Origin: Calditrichia bacterium
GTDB taxonomy: Bacteria > Calditrichota > Calditrichia > RBG-13-44-9 > J075
Direction of reading: 5' to 3'
Assembly (NCBI GenBank): GCA_050633245.1
Contig: JBOEGD010000012.1
Location: 32,001-96,000 of the forward strand
Length of the DNA: 64,000 nt
Part shown: in pieces, positions 1-10,104 of the stretch
Numbering within the stretch: position 1 is the first letter of the stretch
Layout of the letters: each line of letters starts with the position of its first letter
The notes under the pieces: generated by a model
Told to the model about the DNA's origin: nothing
The model's database searches: none
Seen by the model: only the letters and a program-made list of their open reading frames with translations
Made by a program: the position numbers and the translations under genes

Positions 1-4
1 CCTG

Positions 5-292
5 TTGGCAATTACAGCGGTGCTCTCTATTTGGCACTTGGAAGGCGTAAACCGTCTGCTGATAATCGGCGCTGCAGCGATCTATTTCTTCGCAGTACAA
101 TTGCCGACCGTTATTGTTAATGTGCCGTTAAACAACCAGCTGCAGGCACAGAGTCTTTCATCAATGAACGAATCGGAACTACAGGTGGCAAGAAAACAGT
201 TTGAACCTCGTTGGGTGCGCTGGAATGCTATTCGAACAATCTTTGCGATAGTAACATCCACGCTGCTAATCATTCTGTTAATAAGACTGTAA
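5..292 (+). CDS. DUF1772/anthrone-oxygenase-like membrane protein (5' end probably upstream of the window)
   Basis: Hydrophobic helices with the T.IVNVPLNNQL and WVRWNAIRT motifs typical of DUF1772. Confidence 0.75.
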   Translation: MAITAVLSIWHLEGVNRLLIIGAAAIYFFAVQLPTVIVNVPLNNQLQAQSLSSMNESELQVARKQFEPRWVRWNAIRTIFAIVTSTLLIILLIRL

Positions 293-413
293 GTGTTATG
301 ATCTAAACACTTTTTTTATTACCATGTTCTAGTAACACATTTTTTGATCTTCTAATACTCGCCAGCAAATCGACACCCGATAAACCAGCCGTCCCTTTTC
401 CGGAGCAACATAT

Positions 414-2093
414 ATGAATGCTATGTACAGAATATTACTCTTTGGAATAATCCTGAGTTTTCTGTTGATGTCTGGTTGTGCCCACACGGCCAAGAAAAGC
501 CAGGCTCCCTCTCTAACATGGGCTGAGCAAGATCTGGGCAGTTTTCCATATCATCCGCTCGTTTATCATCTGGACCTCTCCATCCTAACCTATCAATTAT
601 ATAGCCAATCGCTGGTCTGGCCATTCGATCCATACTACGAGGAGATGAAAAAAGATCGCAGCGAGTTCATCAAGAAAGTCAAAGCCTGGGCAAAACAAAA
701 AGGTTCTGAGCAAGATGACAAAGCACCAGTTCTGGATTCCTATCGCGGTCCCGGCGTACTAAACGGGTTTGAGAATAACGCACGGCACGATCCGATTCTC
801 TATAACTATGCACGCATCCATCCGTGGGGCAGCAGTATTACAAATGCGCTGGGGCGATGGACAGAGTACTTGACGCCAACAGAGCTTACAGGAAAGATTA
901 AAGACGTATACGTTTCCTATAGAAAAGCCGGCAGCTTAATGGGAACGCTTTCTCTCGACCGCATTGTCCCGAAACGCAACGATAGTACGCCTGATGCCAA
1001 AGACGTTCTACTGGCCTTCGAAGGTGGAACCGGCGATAAAGGCGAAGTAAACCAGCCAGCATCACAAAGCCTTATGGGATTCGTACTGCTGCGAACAAAG
1101 CCGAACGAGCATTACGATATTCACATTGCCTTTCGTGGCAGCAGGAGTGGTTCCGGAGCCAGAGCAATGCGTCAGGCATTTAGTGACGACAATGCGGGCG
1201 GCAACCCCGATTGGATTACGGACATGGGTTACGATCGAGTTGTTCCCGGCGAAGGCGCAGAACATGTAACAACCATCAGTGCCGTTAGCCGAGGTATGGC
1301 GCGTAGCATCAAGTCCATTCTTCCGCAGGTGTTTAACTGTCTTAAAAAAGTTGCCGACATCAGGCAAGGTGCTAAACCAGACAATATTTATGTTACCGGA
1401 CATAGCCTTGGAGGCGCCCTCGGACAGCATTTTGTCAGCGCCATCCTATTGGGGAATCTATATGGCCCAAAGGCCTCAGGGGATGCAATGCCTGCAACTC
1501 TGACCAGCTGGCCGTGGCAACAAATTAAGCTTATTACTTATAGCGCACCGCGTGTTGGTGATGAGGAGTGGGCAAAATTATTAACCGAAACCGGGCTGGA
1601 ATCCGAGTTCTTTTCCAGTCGGTTTAACCCCATTGATGGCAATGCAGCTGACCCGGATGACCCGACAATTGTATCACGTCTACTCGATGACAGCCGCCCC
1701 GTTGGATACCGGGTTTTGATCTCTGATGACCCGCTCACCAGCGAAAAAGTTCCGGGTGGCGGCAAGCACGTAGGCAAAACGGTTTATGTGAACAAGCCCT
1801 CTATTCGAGAGTCTTTTCTGCCACCCGACCTTAGCGCTCACGAGCCCGAGAATGTTCGGCAATACCTCGTCGATAGCTTTGCCGATCCGCGAACGCCTGC
1901 CGCCGCCTGGGGCTATATAAAAATGGATGATATGGTTCCGGATTACGGCAGTGCAGAAAAAGGCAGCGTTGCCGGATTAATCAGGCTTGCCAACGCGGTT
2001 AAAAAATACTATGCAGATAAGGACATTTGGTTTGACACAGAGGCATTTGACCGAGACCTCGCAATTCGATTCTCGATATATAGAGGTGAATAG
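414..2093 (+). CDS. Class-3 lipase-like alpha/beta hydrolase, lipoprotein
   Basis: Lipobox LMSGC; IAFRGS oxyanion motif; YVTGHSLGG nucleophile elbow; TYSAPRVGD. Confidence 0.8.
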   Translation: MNAMYRILLFGIILSFLLMSGCAHTAKKSQAPSLTWAEQDLGSFPYHPLVYHLDLSILTYQLYSQSLVWPFDPYYEEMKKDRSEFIKKVKAWAKQKGSEQDDKAPVLDSYRGPGVLNGFENNARHDPILYNYARIHPWGSSITNALGRWTEYLTPTELTGKIKDVYVSYRKAGSLMGTLSLDRIVPKRNDSTPDAKDVLLAFEGGTGDKGEVNQPASQSLMGFVLLRTKPNEHYDIHIAFRGSRSGSGARAMRQAFSDDNAGGNPDWITDMGYDRVVPGEGAEHVTTISAVSRGMARSIKSILPQVFNCLKKVADIRQGAKPDNIYVTGHSLGGALGQHFVSAILLGNLYGPKASGDAMPATLTSWPWQQIKLITYSAPRVGDEEWAKLLTETGLESEFFSSRFNPIDGNAADPDDPTIVSRLLDDSRPVGYRVLISDDPLTSEKVPGGGKHVGKTVYVNKPSIRESFLPPDLSAHEPENVRQYLVDSFADPRTPAAAWGYIKMDDMVPDYGSAEKGSVAGLIRLANAVKKYYADKDIWFDTEAFDRDLAIRFSIYRGE

Positions 2094-2274
2094 GATCAAA
2101 GGATGCGAACAGATATTGAAAATTTCCAGCGACTGGCAACAAAATAGTGTGCTGGTGCCTCGATTCCGATCGGCGCGATAAAAATTGACCCCGTTCTCTA
2201 AAAAGGCATATTACTAAATTAATCTTGTGCTAATCTGTAAGTTTTTATCACGTCTTGCGGAGGTAGAAAAACGG

Positions 2275-2304
2275 TTGACACATTCATAGCCCTTCTTGTA
2301 GATT
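2275..2304 (+). promoter_or_regulatory. Putative sigma70 promoter of the DPP-IV gene
   Basis: TTGACA-N18-TAGATT about 115 bp upstream of ATG 2419. Confidence 0.4.
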
Positions 2305-2418
2305 AAAGAAAATTAGTCCCAACAACCTATTTTATATCATTCGTCCATTCAGCTTGCCAGTCATTAACAAGCCTGAGTTTTGTAATGCGCTGAATATTCA
2401 GAAACCGAAGGAATTCCT

Positions 2419-4671
2419 ATGAAGATCAAGGCAAAACTACTTATCATGCTGGTTTTGGGAGCTTTGCTCATTCCGGCATTTGCCACAGCACAAACAAAAG
2501 GAAACACCCTAACGCTCGAAGGACTTTACAAAGACAATGAATTCCGCTTAAATCGCTTTGGACCGGCCCGGTGGCTGGAAGATGGCTCCGGTTACACCAC
2601 GCTTGAAAAGGCAGAGCAATTCCCCAAGGCCAGAGAAATTATTAAATACAGTCCGAAATCCGGTAAGCGATCTATTTTGGTCAATGCAAGTAAATTGGTT
2701 CCGGCAGATGCTGAAAGCCCACTACCAATCTCTAACTATCACTGGTCGGCTGATGGCAAGATGCTGTTGATCTTCACAAATACCGTAAAGGTCTGGCGAT
2801 ATGAAACCAGAGGGGATTACTGGCTTTTAAACCTCTCTTCGGGTAAGCTCTCTCAGCTGGGGAAATTTGCAAAACCATCGACAATGATGTTCGCTAAGTT
2901 CTCGCCCGATGGCAAGAGCGTCGGCTATGTCGTTGAGAATAATATTTATGTGGAAGATCTGAAGAGCGCCAGGGTCACTCAGCTAACGAAAGACGGTTCA
3001 ACTCGTTTTATTAATGGTACATTTGACTGGGTTTATGAGGAAGAACTCTCCTGTCGCGATGGATTCCGCTGGAGTCCCGATAGCAAAACCATTGCCTATT
3101 GGCATTCAGACACTGAAGGAACCGGCGTATTTTATCTGATCAACAATCTTGATTCGATATATTCTCAGCCCATTCCATTTCCATATCCCAAAGTCGGCAC
3201 AGCAAACTCTGCGGTTAAGGTTGGCGTTGTAGCCGCTACCGGTGGCGATACCCGCTGGTTTGATATTCCGGGAGATCCGAGAAATAACTATTTGGCAAGA
3301 ATGGAATTCATCCCAAAGTCTAATGAGTTGATGATTCAGCAGCTAAACCGACTCCAGAATACCAATACGGTTTGGATAGCAGACATCAAGTCTATGAAGA
3401 TAGACAATATTTTAACCGATAAAGACGATGCCTGGCTGGATATCCACGATAACATTCAGTGGCTCGACAACGAGAAGTCTTTTACCTGGACCAGCGAAAA
3501 AGACGGCTGGATGCATTTATACAAGGTATCCAGGGACGGCAAAAAGATGGAGTTGATCACCAAGGGCGACTTTGACGTGGTGCGAATCAATAACATCGAT
3601 GAAAGAAGCGGCTATGTGTACTATATCGCCTCGCCAACTAACTTTACACAGCGCTATCTGTATCGCAGCCGTATTGACGGCAAGGGAAAAGCTGAGCGCA
3701 TTAGCCCGAAAAACAAAACCGGGCAATTTTCCTATCAGATGTCAGCCAACTCAAAATGGGCTATTGCTACATACAATAATGCCGAGACGCCGCACAGGAT
3801 TTCCGTTGTCAGCCTTCCCAGGCACAAGGAAGTAAAGCTGCTTGAAGGAAATTCTGAACTTAAGGCGAAGTACGATGCCCTGAACTTAAATCCAAAAGAG
3901 TTTCTAAAGGTAGATATCGGTGAGGTTGTTTTCGACGCGTGGATGATAAAGCCGGCAGGGTTCGATGCCTCCAAAAAATATCCGATAATCTTCTTTGTTT
4001 ATGGCGAACCGGCCGGCTCAACCGTTCAGGATCGCTGGACGAGCAGGGCATTGTGGCATCAGTATTTAGCGCAGCAGGGCTACATTGTAATGAGCGTAGA
4101 CAATCGCGGCACCAAGGTTCCGCGCGGTCGCGACTGGCGCAAGTCGATTTACCGGCAGGTCGGCATATTGGCGGCTCACGACCAGGCGAAAGCGGCTCGC
4201 AAGATCTTCGAGCAATATCCATTTATCGATACTGATCGTGTCGGCATGTGGGGCTGGAGCGGTGGTGGCCAGATGACCATGAACTGCATGTTCCGCTACC
4301 CTGAGATTTACAAAACCGGCGTTGCACTGGCCTTTGTTGCCGACCAGCGCCTATACGACACCATCTACCAGGAGCGCTACATGGGCCTGCCTGACGATAA
4401 CGCAGCTGGTTATCACGATGGCTCACCGATAAACCACGCCCATAAGCTGGACGGCAATCTGATGATCATTCATGGTACTGCCGATGACAATGTGCATTAT
4501 CAGAGTTTCGAAATGCTGGTGGATAGATTAATCAAGCACGATAAACTCTTCAGCATGATGTCTTATCCAATGCGTTCGCACAGTATCCGGGAACGAGAGA
4601 ATACCTCGCTACACTTGCGCCGCGTAATAGATGACTATTGGAAGAAAAATTTGCCAACAGGCAGCAGATAG
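2419..4671 (+). CDS. S9B dipeptidyl peptidase IV family serine peptidase
   Basis: Signal peptide; DWVYEEE motif; GWSGGG nucleophile; HGTADDNVH; C-terminal His (RSHSI). Confidence 0.93.
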   Translation: MKIKAKLLIMLVLGALLIPAFATAQTKGNTLTLEGLYKDNEFRLNRFGPARWLEDGSGYTTLEKAEQFPKAREIIKYSPKSGKRSILVNASKLVPADAESPLPISNYHWSADGKMLLIFTNTVKVWRYETRGDYWLLNLSSGKLSQLGKFAKPSTMMFAKFSPDGKSVGYVVENNIYVEDLKSARVTQLTKDGSTRFINGTFDWVYEEELSCRDGFRWSPDSKTIAYWHSDTEGTGVFYLINNLDSIYSQPIPFPYPKVGTANSAVKVGVVAATGGDTRWFDIPGDPRNNYLARMEFIPKSNELMIQQLNRLQNTNTVWIADIKSMKIDNILTDKDDAWLDIHDNIQWLDNEKSFTWTSEKDGWMHLYKVSRDGKKMELITKGDFDVVRINNIDERSGYVYYIASPTNFTQRYLYRSRIDGKGKAERISPKNKTGQFSYQMSANSKWAIATYNNAETPHRISVVSLPRHKEVKLLEGNSELKAKYDALNLNPKEFLKVDIGEVVFDAWMIKPAGFDASKKYPIIFFVYGEPAGSTVQDRWTSRALWHQYLAQQGYIVMSVDNRGTKVPRGRDWRKSIYRQVGILAAHDQAKAARKIFEQYPFIDTDRVGMWGWSGGGQMTMNCMFRYPEIYKTGVALAFVADQRLYDTIYQERYMGLPDDNAAGYHDGSPINHAHKLDGNLMIIHGTADDNVHYQSFEMLVDRLIKHDKLFSMMSYPMRSHSIRERENTSLHLRRVIDDYWKKNLPTGSR

Positions 4672-4724
4672 TCTTTGCTACACGGTAAGAGATGCTCCCA
4701 TTGAAAGGTTCGTTCAATGTCACA

Positions 4725-4762
4725 AAGGGATTGGGTTATCCTCCCGGATAACCCAATCCCTT
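4725..4762. repeat. Perfect 17-bp inverted repeat (terminator or REP-like)
   Basis: AAGGGATTGGGTTATCC-TCCC-GGATAACCCAATCCCTT just downstream of the DPP-IV stop. Confidence 0.8.
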
Positions 4763-4945
4763 ATCTACTCAATGAGTTGCCGAAACTCCATTGAACGATT
4801 AACGACCTTCCCCATCAAAATTTTTAATCCAACAGGCATTTGAGAGTTGTATGGAAACCAGAAAATCATTATCGTAGTATAAGACATTCTAATATCTGCC
4901 TACAGTTAATGTCCAATCATGCTGCTTCTTTAGAAAGGTGCTGTT

Positions 4946-6538
4946 TTGGATAACAAAAAAGCAAAAATACCAGAGCTGCTGCAAGATAAAGGCGGGCTGA
5001 AAAGCGGCGTTTCCAGGGAAGTCTCCCGGGAAACCGGTGCTCCGGAGGCCATGATTTATGGCGTCGGCAGTTTTTTTCATCTTCTTTCAAACCCCGACAC
5101 TAAGGTACGAGTGTGCACCGGCCTCTCCTGCCAACTTGCCGGCGCAAATAAGATTCTTGAGGCCGCCAAAGCCGCAGGTCTTCCGGTGGAAGGCTGTTCC
5201 TGCCTGGCCGCCTGTGATCAACCTCCGGTGGTTTTGCGCGATCGCGACGTGATAACGCAGATTCAGTTATCGGATATCGAACAGACGGGCGGCGATTGGA
5301 AACAGTTAAAGCCTGAAATTGCTTCTGGTGGCTACGCATGGTCCGGGGCCGTAGGTCCTGACCGGGACGATTCCGAAAAGCAGGTTTTCAACCTGCTCGG
5401 GCAACTCGACTGGTCCGGGGCAGCTCTTAAAAAAGCAAGTGCCATGGATCCGGATGACGTAATTCAGCTAGTGGAAGACTCCGGGCTGCAGGGACGCGGG
5501 GGAGCGGGATTTCCGGCCCATATCAAATGGAGGGCGGTGCGGGAGCAACAAGAGCCGCAGCGCTATCTGGTATTGAACGCAGATGAAGGTGAACCCGGCA
5601 CCTTTAAGGACGGCGAGATTATGATGCGCCGTCCGGATCTGATAATCGAGGGGCTGGCAATAGCCGCTCGAACCGTAGGTGCAACAGACATTTATCTCTA
5701 CCTGCGTGGCGAATTTACCTTTCCCAAAATAGCGATGGCGACAGCATTGGAAAAATTCAGTGAGCAGGGGTTACTCGATGATCTGAATTTTCACTTTCAC
5801 GATGGACAGGGAGCGTATATTTGCGGTGAGGAAACCGCGCTTCTGGAAGCCCTCGAAGGTAAACGGGGAATGCCCCGGTTGAAGCCCCCTTTTCCGGTAG
5901 AAAACGGACTGTGGGGCAAACCAACCCTGATTCACAATGTTGAAACGATTGCCTGTGTGCCGCCGGTTATGCTGCACGGAGGAGAATGGTTTAAAGACCT
6001 TGGACGCACCGAGCCCGGGACGAAGCTGTATTGCATCAGCGGACATGTGCAAAATCCCGGAACCTACGAATTACCACTTGGCGTAACGCTGGACGAGCTG
6101 GTTGCAGAAGCCGGTGGGTACGTCGGTACGCTAAAAGCCTTTTGTCCCGGTGGTGCCAGCTCCGGGTTTCTGCCGGCCACGATGAGCAACCTGCCACTCG
6201 ATTTTAAAGGCTTGGCCAAGGTTGGTTCCATGCTCGGTTCCGCCGGAATTATTGTTCTCAACAATACGGTTAATATGAAGTGGGCGGCCGGACACCAACT
6301 GCGCTTTTTTGAAGACGAGAGTTGTGGCCAATGTGCCCCCTGCCGGATCGGCACCCGTTACCTGCGAGAGGCAATAGACGCCTCTATTGAAGGAACGGAA
6401 AGCCCCGACACACCGAACCTTGAAGTTGCAGACGAGGTAGCATGGCAAATGAATGAAGGTTCTATTTGCGGATTGGGGCAAATTGCCGCTCTACCGCTTA
6501 CCACCGCCAGGAAATACTTCCCCGAGGATTTTATATGA
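4946..6538 (+). CDS. NuoE-NuoF fusion (FdsG/FdsB-like diaphorase subunit of an NAD-dependent formate dehydrogenase)
   Basis: N-terminal CTGLSC...CLAAC [2Fe-2S] motif; GRGGAGFP, NADEGEPG and GAYICGEETAL NuoF motifs; ESCGQCAPC...SICGLG [4Fe-4S]. TTG start is uncertain. Confidence 0.9.
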   Translation: MDNKKAKIPELLQDKGGLKSGVSREVSRETGAPEAMIYGVGSFFHLLSNPDTKVRVCTGLSCQLAGANKILEAAKAAGLPVEGCSCLAACDQPPVVLRDRDVITQIQLSDIEQTGGDWKQLKPEIASGGYAWSGAVGPDRDDSEKQVFNLLGQLDWSGAALKKASAMDPDDVIQLVEDSGLQGRGGAGFPAHIKWRAVREQQEPQRYLVLNADEGEPGTFKDGEIMMRRPDLIIEGLAIAARTVGATDIYLYLRGEFTFPKIAMATALEKFSEQGLLDDLNFHFHDGQGAYICGEETALLEALEGKRGMPRLKPPFPVENGLWGKPTLIHNVETIACVPPVMLHGGEWFKDLGRTEPGTKLYCISGHVQNPGTYELPLGVTLDELVAEAGGYVGTLKAFCPGGASSGFLPATMSNLPLDFKGLAKVGSMLGSAGIIVLNNTVNMKWAAGHQLRFFEDESCGQCAPCRIGTRYLREAIDASIEGTESPDTPNLEVADEVAWQMNEGSICGLGQIAALPLTTARKYFPEDFI

Positions 6539-9351
6539 AAAAAGAAAATATGCAGATGATCATAAACGGTAAAGCGATCTCCTTTACCGAAGGCGAAACT
6601 ATCCTGAGTATCGCTGACCGAAATGGCTGGAAAATCCCCACACTTTGCCACGATCCGCGTCTGGACCCCGCAGGAGCCTGCCGCACCTGTCTGGTTGAAG
6701 TAGAGGGATCACGCCGACTGGTTCCCTCTTGCGCTCAAAAAGCAACAGATGGCATGGTGGTAAGCACCGAAAGCCAACGTATAGACAGACATCGCAAGTC
6801 GCTGCTTGCTCTGTATATGACCGATCACCCGCACGATCGTGCACTTGCCGAAATAGGATCTCCAAATCAGCTGCTCGATATGGTTGAACAATTTCAGGCC
6901 CCCACCAGCTGGGGACAGATGGAATCGCAGCGCGATCACCGCGATCACGATCATAATCCCTATATCCATTTTAATGCCGAAACCTGCATTGCCTGCGCCC
7001 GCTGTGTGCGCTATTGCGAGGAGATTGAAGCAGTCTCTGCCATTACTTTGGCCAACCGGGGATCCAAAACAACCATCTCTACCGTTGATGATCTGTCGCT
7101 GCTGGAAACAACTTGCGAAAAGTGCGGCGGATGTATTGATGTCTGTCCCACCGGAGCAATGACGGAGAAACTACCGTTAACCCGGAGCGCAAAGCCGGAG
7201 CGCGAGCTACAAAAGGTCCGCTCCACCTGCAATTTTTGCGGCGTGGGCTGTCAACTCGATTTGAATGTTGACCCGACGGCAAACAATGGTAATGGGCAGA
7301 TCGTTAAAGTGTCCAGTCCTCCTCCCGGCACCACTACAAACGACGGGAATCTCTGCGTAAAAGGACGTTTTGCTTACGACTTTATTCATCATAAAGACCG
7401 CCTTACCCAACCACTGATTCGCAGAGAAGATGGAGAATTGCACCCTGCCACCTGGGACGAGGCCCTACAAACGGCCGCAGACGGATTGCAACAGGTTGCA
7501 AAACGTCACGGCCCGGACGCGCTGGCGTTTGTCAGCTCTTCACGCTGCACGGTAGAAGAAAATTATCTGGTGCAAAAGCTGTCCCGGGGAGTCTTCCGCA
7601 CCAACAATGTGCATCAATGCGCCGCCACATGACACGCTCCTACTGTGGCCGGTCTGGTCAACACGTTTGGAGCAGGTGCAATGACGAATTCAATTGGTGA
7701 GATTCGCGATGCAGATTTTCTTTTTGTTATCGGAAGCAATACCAGTGAAGCACATCCGATTATCGCGATGGAAATGAAGCAGGCGGTACGACGTGGTGCG
7801 ACTCTTGTCGTAGCAGACCCTCGCGCAATCTGGATGACCTCCATCGCGGAGAAGCATATGCAGTTAAAACCGGGCACCGATGTCTGGCTGTTGAATGCCA
7901 TGGCACACGTTATTGTTGACGAAGATCTGATCGATCATCAATTTATCAATCAACAAACCGAAAACTTCGAGTCGGTGAAACAGGCGGTGGCAGCCTATAC
8001 ACCAGAGAAGGCGGAAGCCATTACCGGCGTATCAGCGGAGGATATTCGCTGGACTGCCCGGCGTTATGCGACGACGGAAAAAGCGGGAATTTACTATACC
8101 CTGGGAATAACCGAGCACTCACACGGAACAGATAATGTGTATGCACTGGCCAATCTGGTACTGATGACCGGTCATTTAGGGAAACCCTCTTCAGGTATGA
8201 ACCCTCTTCGCGGACAAAACAATGTACAGGGGGCAAATGATGCCGGCGCCAGTCCTATTTTCTACCCGGGATATCAGCGCGTAGATGATCCTGAAGTTCA
8301 TGCAAAATACGAAACATCCTGGGGCGTTCCTCTCTCCACCACACCAGGGCTTAATCTAAATGAGATGATGAAAGTAGCCGGGGAACGTATTAAGGCGTTC
8401 TTTATCATGGGCGAGGACATCGTTATTTCGGAGCCCAACGTGCTTCGCTTGGAAGCAGCACTCAATAATGTTGAATTTCTGATCCAGCAGGAACCCTTCT
8501 TAAATGAGACCTCTCGCTTCGCGGACGTCATTTTCCCCGCCTCAGTCTTCGCAGAAAAGGACGGTGTGTTCACAAATTCGGAACGACGGGTTCAGCGGGT
8601 ACGCAAAGCAGTTAACCCACCGGGTGAGGCTCGTGTCGACTGGCAGATCCTCGCTCAACTGGCGAACAGCTGTGGTGCCGGGTGGAATTATCAAAGCCCG
8701 GCGGAAGTCTATGCCGAGATGGTGAAAGATGCTCCCAAGTTTGCCGGTATCAGTCATGAGCGCCTTGAAGAAACGCATCGGAACCCCGGCAAGAGCGGAA
8801 TCCAGTGGCCCTGTCCAACTCCCGATCATCCCGGAACTGAATATCTTCACAGTAGCGGAGTGCTACGTGGTAAAGGTTTATTCCAAGCAGTTGAGTATTC
8901 TCCATCGGCAGAGCTGCCGGATGAAGAATATGGCCTGGTCCTGTCCACCGGAAGAACCCTATACCACTATAATGCTGCCACACAAACGCGACGGGAGTCT
9001 GGGCTGCATATGAAGCAATCGGAAGCCTTTATCGAAATCCATCCGCGCGATGCGAGAAAGCGCGGCGTGCAGCACAAGGACTTGGTGGAAGTGAAAACCC
9101 GTCGTGGCAGCGTAAACTTGCGGGCACTTTATTCGCGGCAGGTGCGCCCTGGCTGCATCTGGATGCCCATGCACTTTGCAGAGGCTCGGGCAAATGTCCT
9201 CACGAATGATGTAGGCGATAAGGTTACCGGAACCGCAGAGTATAAGGTCTGCGCAGCGGAGGTTAGACCTATTGAACGGGCTAAAGAAGGCGATACGCTT
9301 TTCCCAGGCGCCTATTTTCATGAAAACGGACCAGGCAATGGCAGAACATAA
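6535..9351 (+). CDS. fdhF: Selenocysteine-containing formate dehydrogenase alpha subunit (FdsA/FdhF type); joins ORFs 6466..7632 and 7645..9351 by UGA readthrough
   Basis: ATG 6535 overlaps the upstream stop (ATGA). [2Fe-2S], 2x[4Fe-4S] and CNFCGVGC motifs. CAAT-TGA-HAPTVAGL is in frame with the downstream molybdopterin domain (PLRGQNNVQG), matching the C-x-x-x-U-H active-site motif. Confidence 0.93.
7646..7660 (+). promoter_or_regulatory. Bacterial SECIS hairpin
   Basis: TGGCCG-GTC-TGGTCA stem-loop with GGTCT at the apex, 13 nt after TGA 7630-7632, in the same position and form as the E. coli fdhF SECIS. Confidence 0.85.
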
Positions 9352-9602
9352 ACGGGCTCTTATCAATCGAAATTAAATTCCGGATTCTTCCGGGCTTCAA
9401 GTTAATGGGGTGACCATTCCGCACGATCTGTTCTATTTGCTTTTGTTGTCCCAAATTCTTACCATTTAATATACAATTTCCTATTCTTTCTCTGCACCAC
9501 GATTTCTAACAGAATTTTCTACAGCCTACTAAAACTCGATTGTAAAGCGTACATCAAACAAGTTCGTAATTATTTTATAATAACCATCTCCTGGAGGTTA
9601 CA

Positions 9603-10058
9603 ATGGTAAATTATACCCCGGAAACAAGAGGCAGCAAGAAAGAACCAACCACAACAGACGTGTTGGCCAAGGACATCATGCTCAAGAGCTTTGTTCATTT
9701 GAAAGAGTCTCTGACAACCGCAGAAGCTGCGCAAACGCTGTTGGATTACAAACTACCCGGTGCTCCGGTGGTTAATGAGCGGGAAGAGATTGTCGGGTTT
9801 CTTTCTGAGAAGGATTGCCTAAACCGAGTGATTAAATCGCGTTATCTAAACACGCCATCTATTCCGATATCCGAATACATGTCCACCGAGCTGGTCACCG
9901 TTTCGCCAGACAGCAGTTTGTTTTTCGTCGTTGAACTCTTTACCAAACATCCATATCATTGCTATCCCGTGGTAGAGCACAATAAAGTTGTCGGTCTGAT
10001 TTATCGTCATCATTGTTTAAAAGCAACGATGGAAACATATAGAAGGGGATTTGCGTAA
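9603..10058 (+). CDS. CBS-domain pair protein
   Basis: AKDIM...GAPVV...VGFLSEKD and EYMS...YPVV...VVGLI CBS motifs; GGAGG RBS. Confidence 0.9.
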   Translation: MVNYTPETRGSKKEPTTTDVLAKDIMLKSFVHLKESLTTAEAAQTLLDYKLPGAPVVNEREEIVGFLSEKDCLNRVIKSRYLNTPSIPISEYMSTELVTVSPDSSLFFVVELFTKHPYHCYPVVEHNKVVGLIYRHHCLKATMETYRRGFA

Positions 10059-10104
10059 CAGGATAGCGGGAAAAATTCGACAGTATTTATAAAGGAACCT
10101 CAGC

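Noticed and set aside
6466-6534. Track start of the FDH alpha ORF at 6466
   Set aside because: It overlaps the NuoEF gene; ATG 6535 with the ATGA coupling is the better start.
7630-7632. Pseudogene, or genome-wide UGA reassignment
   Set aside because: The UGA sits at the known Sec position with a SECIS; other genes use TGA as a normal stop (e.g. the ATGA overlaps at 6535 and 44673).
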